A DNA stretch of 32,000 nucleotides. It comes from Dubosiella newyorkensis (lineage in GTDB: Bacteria > Bacillota_I > Bacilli_A > Erysipelotrichales > Erysipelotrichaceae). The DNA lies in contig NZ_MPKA01000102.1 of assembly GCF_001945605.1 (NCBI RefSeq), positions 1,006-33,005 on the forward strand, written 5' to 3'. Positions 1-8,363 of the stretch are shown piece after piece (the first letter of the stretch is position 1; each line of letters opens with the position of its first letter). The notes under the pieces were generated by a model. The model saw nothing but the letters and a program-made list of their open reading frames with translations, ran no database searches and was not told the origin of the DNA. The position numbers were made by a program, and so were the translations under genes.

Positions 1-314
1 TGGTCGTAGGTACGTTCATGGATATGACGCCGGCTTGCTTGATCTTCACGCCGATCTTCCTTCCTGTGTGTCAGGCGCTCGGTATGGATGTGATCCATTT
101 TGGGATCATGTTGATCTTCAACTTGTGTATTGGTACGATCACCCCGCCAGTGGGCACGACGCTCTTTGTTGGTGTCAAGGTTGGTAAAGTATCGATCGAA
201 TCGGTGATCAAGCAGTTGCTTTACTATTTTGGAGCGATCTTCGTGGTGCTGATGCTGGTGACGTATATTCCGCAGTTAAGCTTATGGCTGCCAACTGTTC
301 TTGGTGTTATGTGA
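1..314 (+). CDS. TRAP transporter large permease subunit (DctM family), C-terminal fragment entering from upstream of the window
   Basis: Frame 3 is open from nt 3 with no stop before the first ATG at 18. The C-terminus is hydrophobic and carries TPPVGTTLFVG, a DctM-like motif. It lies directly upstream of uxaC, a common hexuronate-uptake context. Confidence 0.8.
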   Translation, partial: VVGTFMDMTPACLIFTPIFLPVCQALGMDVIHFGIMLIFNLCIGTITPPVGTTLFVGVKVGKVSIESVIKQLLYYFGAIFVVLMLVTYIPQLSLWLPTVLGVM

Positions 315-345
315 TTGAGTTGATAGAAAATTAAAGGAGAAAATC

Positions 346-1761
346 ATGAAAAAGTTTATGGATGAAAACTTCCTTCTTGAAACAGAGTGCGCGAAGGACT
401 TGTTTCATAACTACGCGAGTCAAGTTCCTGTTCTTGACTATCATTGTCATATCGATCCTCAAGAGATCTATGAAGATCGTAAGTTTGATAATATTGCGCA
501 AGTTTGGCTTGGCGGCGATCATTACAAGTGGCGTCAGATGCGTTCGAATGGAATTGATGAATACTACATTACAGGGGACGCTTCGGATTGGGAAAAATTT
601 GAAAAATATGCCGAAACGCTTGAAAAGGCGATCGGAAACCCTTTGTTCCATTGGTCGCACTTGGAGCTTCAACGCTTCTTTGGAATCGATACGGTATTGA
701 GTCGTAAAACCGCAAAAGAGATCTGGGACAAGGCGAACGCTATGCTTCAGCAAGAAGATATGAGCGTGCGCAACTTGATCAAAAAGTCGAATGTGACTTT
801 GATCTGTACGACGGATGATCCGATCGATGATTTGAAATGGCACAAATTGATCAAAGAAGATGATTCTTTTGATGTGCAGGTGCTTCCTGCTTGGCGCCCA
901 GATAAGGCGGTCAATATCAACAAGCCGGATTATATGGAGTATATCGCGAAGCTTGAAAAGGCGAGCGGAATGCAGATCGAATCGTTCGAGGATTTGAAGA
1001 AGGCGCTTGCGAATCGTATGGATTTCTTTGCGGAAAATGGCTGCACGGTCGCTGACCATGGATTGGATTATGTCATGTACGTTCCTGCAAGCGATGATGA
1101 GATAGAAGCGATTTTCGCAAAGAAGAAAAACGGGGAAACGCTCACGAATGAGGAAGTGACAAAGTTCAAGACGGCGATCATGTTGTTCTTGGCGAAACAA
1201 AATAAAAAGCATGATTGGGTGATGCAGCTTCATTATGGCTGCAAGCGCGACAACAATACGAAAATGTTCGAGAAGCTAGGTCCAGATACTGGGTTTGACT
1301 GCATTTCGAATGAGGCGCCTGGTTCTCAATTGGCGGATTTCTTGAATGCGGTAAATATGGATGGCGGTCTTCCTAGGACGATCATTTATTCTTTGAATCC
1401 TGGAGATGATGAATTGATCGGCACGATCATTGGATGTTTCCAAGATAGCGACGCGATCGGTAAGATCCAGCAAGGATCTGCTTGGTGGTTCAACGACACG
1501 AAGACGGGCATGCAAAAACAAATGACTTCGTTGGCGAATCTTGGTCTTCTTGGAAACTTTGTGGGAATGCTTACGGATTCGAGAAGCTTCTTGTCTTACC
1601 CGCGTCATGAGTATTTCCGGCGTATCATGTGCAACTTGATTGGTGGCTGGGTCGAAAATGGGGAATTCCCGAACGATCCTGAACTTCTTGCGCCAATCGT
1701 AAAAGGGATCTCCTACAATAACGCGGTTCGTTATTTCAATTTTGATCTCGAACAAAAGTAA
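346..1761 (+). CDS. uxaC: Glucuronate (uronate) isomerase
   Basis: 471 aa. N-terminus FLLETE..A..LFH.YA...PVLDYHCH plus WLGGDHYKWR are characteristic UxaC motifs. RBS aaaggag lies 7 nt upstream of the ATG. Confidence 0.95.
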   Translation: MKKFMDENFLLETECAKDLFHNYASQVPVLDYHCHIDPQEIYEDRKFDNIAQVWLGGDHYKWRQMRSNGIDEYYITGDASDWEKFEKYAETLEKAIGNPLFHWSHLELQRFFGIDTVLSRKTAKEIWDKANAMLQQEDMSVRNLIKKSNVTLICTTDDPIDDLKWHKLIKEDDSFDVQVLPAWRPDKAVNINKPDYMEYIAKLEKASGMQIESFEDLKKALANRMDFFAENGCTVADHGLDYVMYVPASDDEIEAIFAKKKNGETLTNEEVTKFKTAIMLFLAKQNKKHDWVMQLHYGCKRDNNTKMFEKLGPDTGFDCISNEAPGSQLADFLNAVNMDGGLPRTIIYSLNPGDDELIGTIIGCFQDSDAIGKIQQGSAWWFNDTKTGMQKQMTSLANLGLLGNFVGMLTDSRSFLSYPRHEYFRRIMCNLIGGWVENGEFPNDPELLAPIVKGISYNNAVRYFNFDLEQK

Positions 1762-1780
1762 GAATTATTATTTGATTTTG

Positions 1781-1816
1781 AAGGAAACGCTTCTCGTTGT
1801 TTCCTTCTTTTTTTGT
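1781..1816 (+). terminator. Rho-independent terminator after uxaC
   Basis: 8-bp stem aaggaaac (1781-1788) / gtttcctt (1799-1806), followed by a T-run at 1808-1815. Confidence 0.6.
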
Positions 1817-1843
1817 TTCGTTTTTTTCTATATAATTATGTTT

Positions 1844-2755
1844 ATGGAAAAACTTCTTCTTGTCTATAACCCAAAATCGGGGGATGGCCGCATTCGCGCT
1901 CAGTTGGCGAAGGTCATCGAGATATTTTCGAATGCGAATTATCGTGTCGAGGTATACGCGACCAAAAGGGAAAATGATGGTATGGAGTGGATCGAGAAGG
2001 TCGGATGCGAATTTGATCGAATCGTAGTCTGCGGAGGAGATGGGATGTTCCATGAAGCGGTCAATGGTTGGTTTCAATCGCGATCCAAGGCGCCTTTGGC
2101 CTATATTCCTTCGGGAACAGTGAATGATTTTGCCAATACGCACAATATTCCAAAAAACGATGTGGAAGCGGCGACGATGATCGCAAGCGATGGAATGATC
2201 GACCAGATCGACGCGGGGCTGTTCAATGACACATATTTTTCGTATGTAGCGGCTTTTGGTTTCGCGACTTCGACTGCGTATGATACGCCGCAAACAAAGA
2301 AGCGGAAGCTGGGGACGTTGGCTTATGTACTGCATGCTTTGGAGGTCGTGGACTTTACGCATTGGGAAAACAATTGTGTTTCTACGCGGATCGAATACGA
2401 GGGCGGGATGATCGAAGGAAATTTTTTATATGGTCAAATTTCGAGTTCTCGTTATGTTGGGGGGATGGACGCGTTTACAAAAGGTCGCTACGATTTGAAA
2501 GATGGCTTGTTGGAGGGGGTTTTTATCCGGCAGCCGATGAATTTGAGCGAGCTTAATTCGATTATCGCCAGTATCGCCAAGAGCGATATTGAAAACAATC
2601 CTTTGATCGTTCCTGTGCAGTCTCCTTGGTTCGAGTTTGATGGGGAATCGATCGCTTGGACGCTGGATGGGGAATATGGTGGGGAGGTTCCACATGCCAA
2701 GATCCAGGTCGTCGAGCAGCAGCTCAAGGTCGTGCTCCCAAAGGAAGAGGAATAA
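1844..2755 (+). CDS. Diacylglycerol kinase-family lipid kinase (YegS/DagK-like)
   Basis: MEKLLLVYNPKSGDG... and VVCGGDGMFHEAVNG match the DAGK catalytic domain signature. The ORF-track start at 1742 lies upstream of the uxaC terminator, so I prefer the ATG at 1844 (or 1838). Confidence 0.85.
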   Translation: MEKLLLVYNPKSGDGRIRAQLAKVIEIFSNANYRVEVYATKRENDGMEWIEKVGCEFDRIVVCGGDGMFHEAVNGWFQSRSKAPLAYIPSGTVNDFANTHNIPKNDVEAATMIASDGMIDQIDAGLFNDTYFSYVAAFGFATSTAYDTPQTKKRKLGTLAYVLHALEVVDFTHWENNCVSTRIEYEGGMIEGNFLYGQISSSRYVGGMDAFTKGRYDLKDGLLEGVFIRQPMNLSELNSIIASIAKSDIENNPLIVPVQSPWFEFDGESIAWTLDGEYGGEVPHAKIQVVEQQLKVVLPKEEE

Positions 2756-2782
2756 AAGAATCATAAAAGTAAAAAAGAGAAC

Positions 2783-2827
2783 AAAAAGAGAAGATTTCGC
2801 GATTGGGCGTTTTCTTCTCTTTTTTTG
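2783..2827. terminator. Bidirectional terminator hairpin between convergent genes
   Basis: aaaaagagaaga (2783-2794) pairs with tcttctcttttt (2813-2824). A/T runs on both sides allow function for the lipid kinase (+) and the ABC permease (-). Confidence 0.6.
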
Positions 2828-2848
2828 TTTTGTGTTTTAGCTTATGTC

Positions 2849-4081
2849 TCATGCGACTTGGTGTTTCATAAATGTAAATCGAGCAAGCAGCATGATTACG
2901 CTTGAAAGGATAATATACAGGATCGCTCTTATAGATAGCACGTCAAAAACCATGTCGCCTATTGGATACGAAATATATTTACCGATTTCTGGCATTGTTG
3001 AACGGTAAGGCAACAAGAACAAAGTTAAATTATAGGCTCCCGTGGTTCCGTTAGGCGAGAGGAAGAGTGGAATAAAGAGGATCGGTACAAGCACGATCAA
3101 AACGAGGTAAGGGTTTTTCATTTTAGCCGATAAAAGCAATGTAAGGCTGATCATAGCAATCAGTACCAAATAGATCACGCCAAGATTGATCAGGGTTGCT
3201 TGCAGGAATGAATATGGATAAGGGATAATCGGATCGGCGATTTGTAAAGGTAAGTTCCATCCGTCGACCCCAAAGGCTGCTAGAGGCAAGCCAAAGGCGA
3301 CTATGATGTGAAGCGTGAAGGCAAGAATGCCAAACAATAGAGACGCGATGATTTTGGCGGTTCCCAATTTGGTTTTTCCATATTTGCTCGATAAGATCAC
3401 TGCATCCGTTCCTGCTTGATATTCTCCCGAAAAGACGGGCGCAATCACGATACAGATCGCCAATATAGCGAATATGAGCAGTTCAAAGTTGGATAGGATC
3501 ACTTCCCAACCTTCGTGATATCCATATTGTAAAGGGGTCTTGACCTGGCTGTTCATGTGGCTCCAGTATTCTTTTTGTTTGGTTGACATATTTCTTGATG
3601 GCATGTTCAAAAGCGCTTCGATCTTTTCGTTTCTTGTTTGATCAAATTGGGCGCTCTTTGTCAAATCTAATTCGGGCAGCTTGTTTAGACCGGAATTCTC
3701 ATTGGGAGAATCATAGATGGAAGCAATGATACTCAGCAGTTTTTCACGGGGAGCGACATAATTCCAATACACGTCACCGATCAAAAATTTCTCATTGCCA
3801 TCATATCCCACATTGGCTGGGTTCTCAAAGAGCGTTTGGTATTGTGCGATGTTTTTTTCAACAAATTCATTGGTGAGAGGAACAGATTGCTCTTTATATT
3901 GTTCTTTTTCATAGGCAATGCCTTCAAATCCTTTGATTGCCCCTTCTTGATTGTAGGTCTGAAATTGCAGGATAGGCAGTCCGAACAGAAACGCAGTCAA
4001 AAGAAGACTGATTCCCATAACGATCAAGGTCGATTTTTTTCGGACTATTTTTAAAAATTCGTATTTAATCAACATATTCAT
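2849..4081 (-). CDS. ABC-2 type transporter permease with a large extracytoplasmic loop after TM1
   Basis: 410 aa. One N-terminal TM, a roughly 150-aa hydrophilic loop, then five or more TM helices. Its start overlaps the stop of the upstream ATPase gene by 17 nt, implying coupled translation. Confidence 0.8.
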   Translation of the reverse strand: MNMLIKYEFLKIVRKKSTLIVMGISLLLTAFLFGLPILQFQTYNQEGAIKGFEGIAYEKEQYKEQSVPLTNEFVEKNIAQYQTLFENPANVGYDGNEKFLIGDVYWNYVAPREKLLSIIASIYDSPNENSGLNKLPELDLTKSAQFDQTRNEKIEALLNMPSRNMSTKQKEYWSHMNSQVKTPLQYGYHEGWEVILSNFELLIFAILAICIVIAPVFSGEYQAGTDAVILSSKYGKTKLGTAKIIASLLFGILAFTLHIIVAFGLPLAAFGVDGWNLPLQIADPIIPYPYSFLQATLINLGVIYLVLIAMISLTLLLSAKMKNPYLVLIVLVPILFIPLFLSPNGTTGAYNLTLFLLPYRSTMPEIGKYISYPIGDMVFDVLSIRAILYIILSSVIMLLARFTFMKHQVA

Positions 4082-4961
4082 GGCTCCTTTGGCTTAGCGC
4101 ATCTTCTCCAAAATGGTATAAGAATAAATCTTCTAAACTCGGCTCAACATTGATGGCTTCCGCTGTAGGTGCGCGATCGCTGATGATTCGTAGCCTAACT
4201 TTGTTGTTTTCGTGGTGTAGATTGACAACAGAAAATTGTTGACTGTATTCTGCGACTTTTCTCTGGTCGATTAGAAATTCCCATACTTTTCCTTTGATCA
4301 CATCGGTTACAGTTTCCATAGGCGCGCTAAGCAGAAATTGTCCGTTTTTCATCATTAAAATGGAGTCGGCAATATAAGAAACATCCGATACGATGTGGGT
4401 GGATAGAATGACGATTTTCTCTTTTGCGAAGTTGGAGATCAGATTGCGGAAGCGCACTCTTTCTTTTGGGTCAAGGCCAGCCGTTGGTTCATCCAATATC
4501 AATATGGATGGATCATTCAGTTCAGCTTGTGCGATTCCTAACCTTTGCTTCATTCCTCCAGAAAAGGACTTGATTTTTTTATTGGCTACTTTGTGCAGGT
4601 TGACAGTATGGAGCAGCTGATCGGTTCTATATTTTGCTGTTTGAGGATCCAGTCCTTTAACAGCTGCCATATAAAGCATAAATTCGCGGGCTGTAAAGTC
4701 GGGATAAAAGCCGAAGTCTTGGGGCATATACCCGAGTTGGGAGTAGTATTTTTCTCCTAATTCCTCAATGGTTTTTCCGTTCAAACGAATGTAACCGGAC
4801 GTTGGTTTCAATACGCCGCAAATCATTCGCATCAGTGTTGTTTTGCCTGCGCCATTGGCTCCGAGCAATCCATAGACACCTGGAGCTAGATCGGCATTGA
4901 CATGATTGACTGCCCATTTTGTTCCGTATTGCTTGCTTAAGTTTTGTAGTTGTAGATGCAT
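4065..4961 (-). CDS. ABC transporter ATP-binding protein
   Basis: Walker A GANGAGKTT, signature FSGGMKQRLGIA, Walker B ILILDEPTAGLD. RBS aggagg upstream. Confidence 0.92.
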   Translation of the reverse strand: MHLQLQNLSKQYGTKWAVNHVNADLAPGVYGLLGANGAGKTTLMRMICGVLKPTSGYIRLNGKTIEELGEKYYSQLGYMPQDFGFYPDFTAREFMLYMAAVKGLDPQTAKYRTDQLLHTVNLHKVANKKIKSFSGGMKQRLGIAQAELNDPSILILDEPTAGLDPKERVRFRNLISNFAKEKIVILSTHIVSDVSYIADSILMMKNGQFLLSAPMETVTDVIKGKVWEFLIDQRKVAEYSQQFSVVNLHHENNKVRLRIISDRAPTAEAINVEPSLEDLFLYHFGEDALSQRSHEYVD

Positions 4962-4988
4962 ATAAAATCCTCCTGATTGATTTAGGCA

Positions 4989-5028
4989 TAAAAAATAAGG
5001 TGGCCTATGCCAATAGCATGAACCACCT
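4989..5028 (-). terminator. Intrinsic terminator or attenuator hairpin between the histidine kinase and ABC genes
   Basis: Minus strand reads AGGTGG-ttc-ATGC-tattg-GCAT-agg-CCACCT followed by TATTTTTTATG. Only about 25 nt, including the RBS, separate it from the ABC ATPase start codon. Confidence 0.45.
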
Positions 5029-5050
5029 ATCTTAGGTTGAGCTTTTATAG

Positions 5051-5072
5051 ATCTTAATTTAATCTTAATTTT
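5051..5072 (-). promoter_or_regulatory. Direct repeat (2 x 10 nt, 11-bp period) next to a -10-like TATAAA; candidate OmpR-family response-regulator box for the ABC operon
   Basis: Plus strand has atcttaattt at 5051-5060 and again at 5062-5071 (minus strand AAATTAAGAT-T-AAATTAAGAT). It abuts minus-strand cTATAAA (plus 5044-5049) and overlaps the histidine kinase stop codon. Confidence 0.3.
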
Positions 5073-6492
5073 CGCTCGTTTTGTTTTTTGCAGGAAGATC
5101 TATCATAAATTCTGTTCCAATGTCTAGCTTGCTTTCAACGATGATCTTTCCTTCGTGAAGCAGAATAATTTGATTGGCTATAGCGAGTCCTAATCCGCTT
5201 CCTTCTGGTTTTTCTTTAGTGTTCGTTCCTCTGTAATAGCGATCAAATAGTTTTGATCGTTCAATCTCGCTCAGTCCATTTCCATTATCGCGGATCGATA
5301 GCAGGATCCTGTTGTTTTTGTTCGTATCGAGTGTAACGCTTATCTTTGTTTCTGGCGGATTATGGATGAGAGCGTTTGATATAAGATTGGTAATAGCTCG
5401 CCGAAAAAGAGCAGGATCAATATTGGCATATAAGTCTGGCACATGGCTTTCAAACGCAAGATTGCGATCTGAAAAGGCAGGGTCGTTGATCATGTCGATC
5501 ACGCATTCTTTGACAAAGCGTGAAATGCGGATTTTTTGAGGATGATAGGGTAGGGATTTGGAGTCTAGCTGATACGTTAGTTTTAAATCGTTGATTAGAT
5601 TTTCAGTATAACAGACATTTTTTAAGATGATTGAACCATATTCCTGGATCGTTTGTTTGTCTTTTTCAGAACTATCGGCAAGCAGTTCAGCATACCCTTT
5701 GATTGGAGAAAGGGGTGTTTTTAGATCGTGTGTGATATTGGCTATCCATTCTTTGCGCACTCGTTCTGTTTCTTTATTTATCTGATCGGCATGGCGAATT
5801 TCACGGTCTGTTTGATTCAAAGCGGCGTAGATTTCGCTGAACATTCCTTTCTCTTGTAACGCTTCATAGGATCGAAGAGGGATATTCCGGATACCGTCTG
5901 TCATTTTTGATAATTTTCGGGAAAGCCAAAAACCATAAGCCAGTACAGAAAGGATCAGGATTCCTAGAGTAGAAAAAATAATCACTCTTGCGATGGGGGA
6001 GAGCCTTTCCACTCGATCGCCGTTGTAGTAGAGGATATATTTGCCTATATCATATGGAAAGCCAATGATGTAGCTGCAAGTTTCTGCCGAATCGTCTATG
6101 CTGTTGGAAAAAAGAGTATACCCGTGTTCATAATGGCTGGATTTGAGTGAAAGGAGTTTTGAAGCGGAATATTTCGCGGGATAACGCGCTGGTTTATTGT
6201 AAGAAAATATTTCTTGTCCGGATTCGTCGATAAATTGAATCCACAATCCATACGTATCCAATCGCTTCAATCCGATTTCATCGATCGATAGTTCTCCATT
6301 GTCGTAGGTCGTCCAAGCGACAAAACTATCCGTAAATTTTTGTGGCCAAGAAGCCAAGCTGATTCCTTCTGGTTCCGGAATTGAAAACATATAGTAGAAC
6401 AAACCGATCGAGCTTGTGATTATGATCAAAACGACGAGCAGCAAAAGCAGAACCATTCTGAAAAACGGATCGAATGCTTTTTTACTTTTCAT
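5065..6492 (-). CDS. Sensor histidine kinase (two TM helices, roughly 130-aa extracytoplasmic domain)
   Basis: H-box ITHDLKTPLSPIKGY and N/G boxes (LISNALIHN, RDNGNGL, GSGLGLAI). It overlaps the upstream response-regulator gene by 11 nt. Confidence 0.92.
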   Translation of the reverse strand: MKSKKAFDPFFRMVLLLLLVVLIIITSSIGLFYYMFSIPEPEGISLASWPQKFTDSFVAWTTYDNGELSIDEIGLKRLDTYGLWIQFIDESGQEIFSYNKPARYPAKYSASKLLSLKSSHYEHGYTLFSNSIDDSAETCSYIIGFPYDIGKYILYYNGDRVERLSPIARVIIFSTLGILILSVLAYGFWLSRKLSKMTDGIRNIPLRSYEALQEKGMFSEIYAALNQTDREIRHADQINKETERVRKEWIANITHDLKTPLSPIKGYAELLADSSEKDKQTIQEYGSIILKNVCYTENLINDLKLTYQLDSKSLPYHPQKIRISRFVKECVIDMINDPAFSDRNLAFESHVPDLYANIDPALFRRAITNLISNALIHNPPETKISVTLDTNKNNRILLSIRDNGNGLSEIERSKLFDRYYRGTNTKEKPEGSGLGLAIANQIILLHEGKIIVESKLDIGTEFMIDLPAKNKTSEN

Positions 6493-7186
6493 ATGGATCG
6501 ACCAATTTATATCCTAAGCCTTTGATCGTGATGATGTATTGAGGCGCGGTAGGATCGCTTTCTAATTTTTGGCGAAGATGTCGGATATGGACCATAATCG
6601 TATTATCACAACCGATACTATCCTCATGCCATAGGGCTTCATATAGGCGCTCTCGGCTTATAACGCGCCCTTTATTTTCGGCTAAGTACTGCAAGATCTC
6701 GAATTCTTTGGCAGTTAGTTTCATCTCTTTTCCTTCTTTTGTGACTTGGCATCCATCGATGTCAAGTGTTAAGGCGCCAATTTTTATAGGTTCACGAACA
6801 AGATCGTTCTTTTGGTAGGCTGTTCGGCGTAATTGCGCTTTCACACGATAAGCAACTTCTTTGGGACTGAAAGGCTTTGTCACATAATCATCGCCGCCTA
6901 CGGCTAACCCGAGTATTTTATCGAATTCATCATTCTTAGAGGAAAGAAAGAGAATTGGACAGTGCGAAAACTGTCTGATTTGTTTACATACTTCATAGCC
7001 ATCAAGATCGGGGAGCATGATATCTAAAATGATTAGATCTGGTTTGATTTTCTTGCACATATTTATCGCTTCGATTCCACGATCGATTTTAATAATGCCA
7101 TTCAAGTTCTCTAAGGTCAGAGCTTTTTCGAGCAATTTTAAAATATCGGGTTCATCATCGACGATCATAATTTTGTATTGATTCAT
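6482..7186 (-). CDS. OmpR/PhoB-family response regulator
   Basis: Receiver domain (MIVDDEP..., LIILDIMLPDLDG, ...DDYVTKPF) plus a winged-helix C-terminus (LTAKEFEILQYL..., IITIKGLGYKL). Confidence 0.95.
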   Translation of the reverse strand: MNQYKIMIVDDEPDILKLLEKALTLENLNGIIKIDRGIEAINMCKKIKPDLIILDIMLPDLDGYEVCKQIRQFSHCPILFLSSKNDEFDKILGLAVGGDDYVTKPFSPKEVAYRVKAQLRRTAYQKNDLVREPIKIGALTLDIDGCQVTKEGKEMKLTAKEFEILQYLAENKGRVISRERLYEALWHEDSIGCDNTIMVHIRHLRQKLESDPTAPQYIITIKGLGYKLVDPYEK

Positions 7187-7208
7187 CTTTCAAATTCTCC
7201 TTTCACGA
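7179..7208. repeat. Left arm of an imperfect inverted repeat; contains the RBS and ATG of the response regulator
   Basis: The reverse complement of 7179-7208 is tcgtgaaaggagaatTTgaaagatgaaTca. It matches 7457-7484 (tcgtgaaaggagaat--gaaagatgaaGca): 15 nt exact, a 2-nt indel, 10 nt exact, one mismatch, then 2 nt. Confidence 0.9.
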
Positions 7209-7416
7209 TGTTTTATAAGTTTATCAGAACAGAAACGATTTCTATTGATAGATTTGATTCATTAATAATTAAGTGTACAAATGATCCAAAAAGATGGCTG
7301 AACAAGCAGAGTATATGGGAGTTGCGTAAAGAAAACAATAGACCTGTTCCGCTTTATAGATCGATGTTCTCAAATTTTGGTGCTAAGAGAAAGGAGAAAC
7401 TTGTATTCTGTTAAAA

Positions 7417-7435
7417 ATAATAATTAAATTATTAT
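7417..7435. promoter_or_regulatory. Perfect 9-1-9 AT-only palindrome, a candidate operator upstream of the membrane-protein operon
   Basis: ataataatt-a-aattattat, about 40 nt upstream of the ATG at 7477 and overlapping -10-like AT-rich hexamers. AT-only composition lowers its significance. Confidence 0.3.
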
Positions 7436-7456
7436 ATTAAATAGAGATCTCATTAT

Positions 7457-7484
7457 TCGTGAAAGGAGAATGAAAGATGAAGCA
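7457..7484. repeat. Right arm of the inverted repeat; contains the RBS and ATG of the first small membrane protein
   Basis: See the left arm at 7179-7208. The arms are separated by a 248-bp AT-rich spacer (7209-7456). Confidence 0.9.
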
Positions 7485-7740
7485 GGAGAAAAAGTCATTA
7501 TACAGTATTGCTGGTTTCGTTTCTTTGATTGGGGCTGCTATCAATGGAATCGGAGCCCTAATGATGCTCATGGTTGGGATCAGTTTGATTTTTCAGCCGA
7601 ATCTGTTCCAATTTCTAAGCGAGCAAGGTTTGCTTGATACGGCGATGGATCAACAAATGATTGGAAATCTATTAAGCATGAATCATATTTGGTTGATCAT
7701 CGTCTATCTTGGTTTAAGTGTGGTGATGATATTGAAATGA
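7477..7740 (+). CDS. Small membrane protein (87 aa, two predicted TM helices)
   Basis: Strong RBS gaaaggag and two long hydrophobic segments. The stop overlaps the next ATG as ATGA. Confidence 0.6.
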   Translation: MKQEKKSLYSIAGFVSLIGAAINGIGALMMLMVGISLIFQPNLFQFLSEQGLLDTAMDQQMIGNLLSMNHIWLIIVYLGLSVVMILK

Positions 7741-8000
7741 TTTCCTATTATATAGGATATTATATTCTAAAAAGCTGGAAAAAAGAACAAGGGAACACGC
7801 AAGATCTCATCCGCAAAACAGCTTATTGTATTTTTGCGACCCAAATCGTTGCGTTGGTTTTAGGGATCCTCATGCGTATTGCGGCTGGAAATTCTTTGCT
7901 GGATGGAGGATTGATTGAACTAGATTGGATCCTGACTGGTTTGTTCTTGTTGTGTATCCCGCAAATCAAAACAAAAAATGGACAATATGAAAACTTGTAG
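7737..8000 (+). CDS. Small membrane protein (87 aa from the ATG at 7737)
   Basis: ATGA overlap with the preceding gene. MISYYIGYYIL... is followed by two more hydrophobic helices. The ORF-track start at 7689 is an upstream in-frame ATG inside the overlap with the preceding gene. Confidence 0.5.
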   Translation: MISYYIGYYILKSWKKEQGNTQDLIRKTAYCIFATQIVALVLGILMRIAAGNSLLDGGLIELDWILTGLFLLCIPQIKTKNGQYENL

Positions 8001-8014
8001 AAAGGTTGAAAGAT

Positions 8015-8341
8015 ATGAGTATTCTATTTTTATTGCTTGGCATAATGTTAGTGAACTTCTGCAATCCTGGAGCAATCGATGAAGCGCAGTTAAGCAAAAC
8101 GATGTATTTTCTATATAATTTTATCGGTTTTGCCGTTTATATTTTCCCTGTTCCTATCCTGCTCAAATACAATAAGGCAAAGGATAAAAAGGATCGATCG
8201 TTGCTGGTCGTTGCTCTTACACTGATCATTTATGATCTGTTTAATTTGTTGTTTATCAAGCTTAGTCCAATGACTTATGTGCTGCAGCTTGGCGTGATCC
8301 TGCTTTATTTTCTTTATCAGAAATGGAAAGAAAAACACTAG
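8015..8341 (+). CDS. Small membrane protein (108 aa, three to four TM helices)
   Basis: ATG at 8015 is preceded by aaagg; the track start at 8006 is a TTG. Hydrophobic throughout, with a KYNKAKDKKDR loop. Confidence 0.6.
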   Translation: MSILFLLLGIMLVNFCNPGAIDEAQLSKTMYFLYNFIGFAVYIFPVPILLKYNKAKDKKDRSLLVVALTLIIYDLFNLLFIKLSPMTYVLQLGVILLYFLYQKWKEKH

Positions 8342-8363
8342 ATCTTCTAATACTTTATCGAAT

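Noticed and set aside
362-700. 112-aa ORF in an alternative frame of uxaC, with other short same-strand or overlapping ORFs such as 2362-2556, 2637-2840, 10546-10863, 10571-10888 and 26236-26463
   Set aside because: They are embedded in confidently identified genes, lack ribosome-binding sites and have biased low-complexity compositions.
7255-7290. Second copy of the putative response-regulator box (cttaatt...) upstream of the response-regulator gene
   Set aside because: Only a 7-nt AT-rich partial match, in the opposite orientation relative to transcription. This is not distinguishable from chance in AT-rich DNA.
7178-7414. 78-aa ORF in the divergent intergenic region
   Set aside because: Its start overlaps the response-regulator start codon on the opposite strand. 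It has no RBS, lies in AT-rich non-coding-looking sequence, and has no hydrophobic or recognisable features.
7689-7740. Programmed frameshift joining the two 87-aa membrane ORFs
   Set aside because: There is no slippery heptamer or homopolymer run in the 48-nt overlap, and the ATGA junction is a standard termination-reinitiation arrangement. It is kept as an open question in the findings rather than called as a pseudogene.
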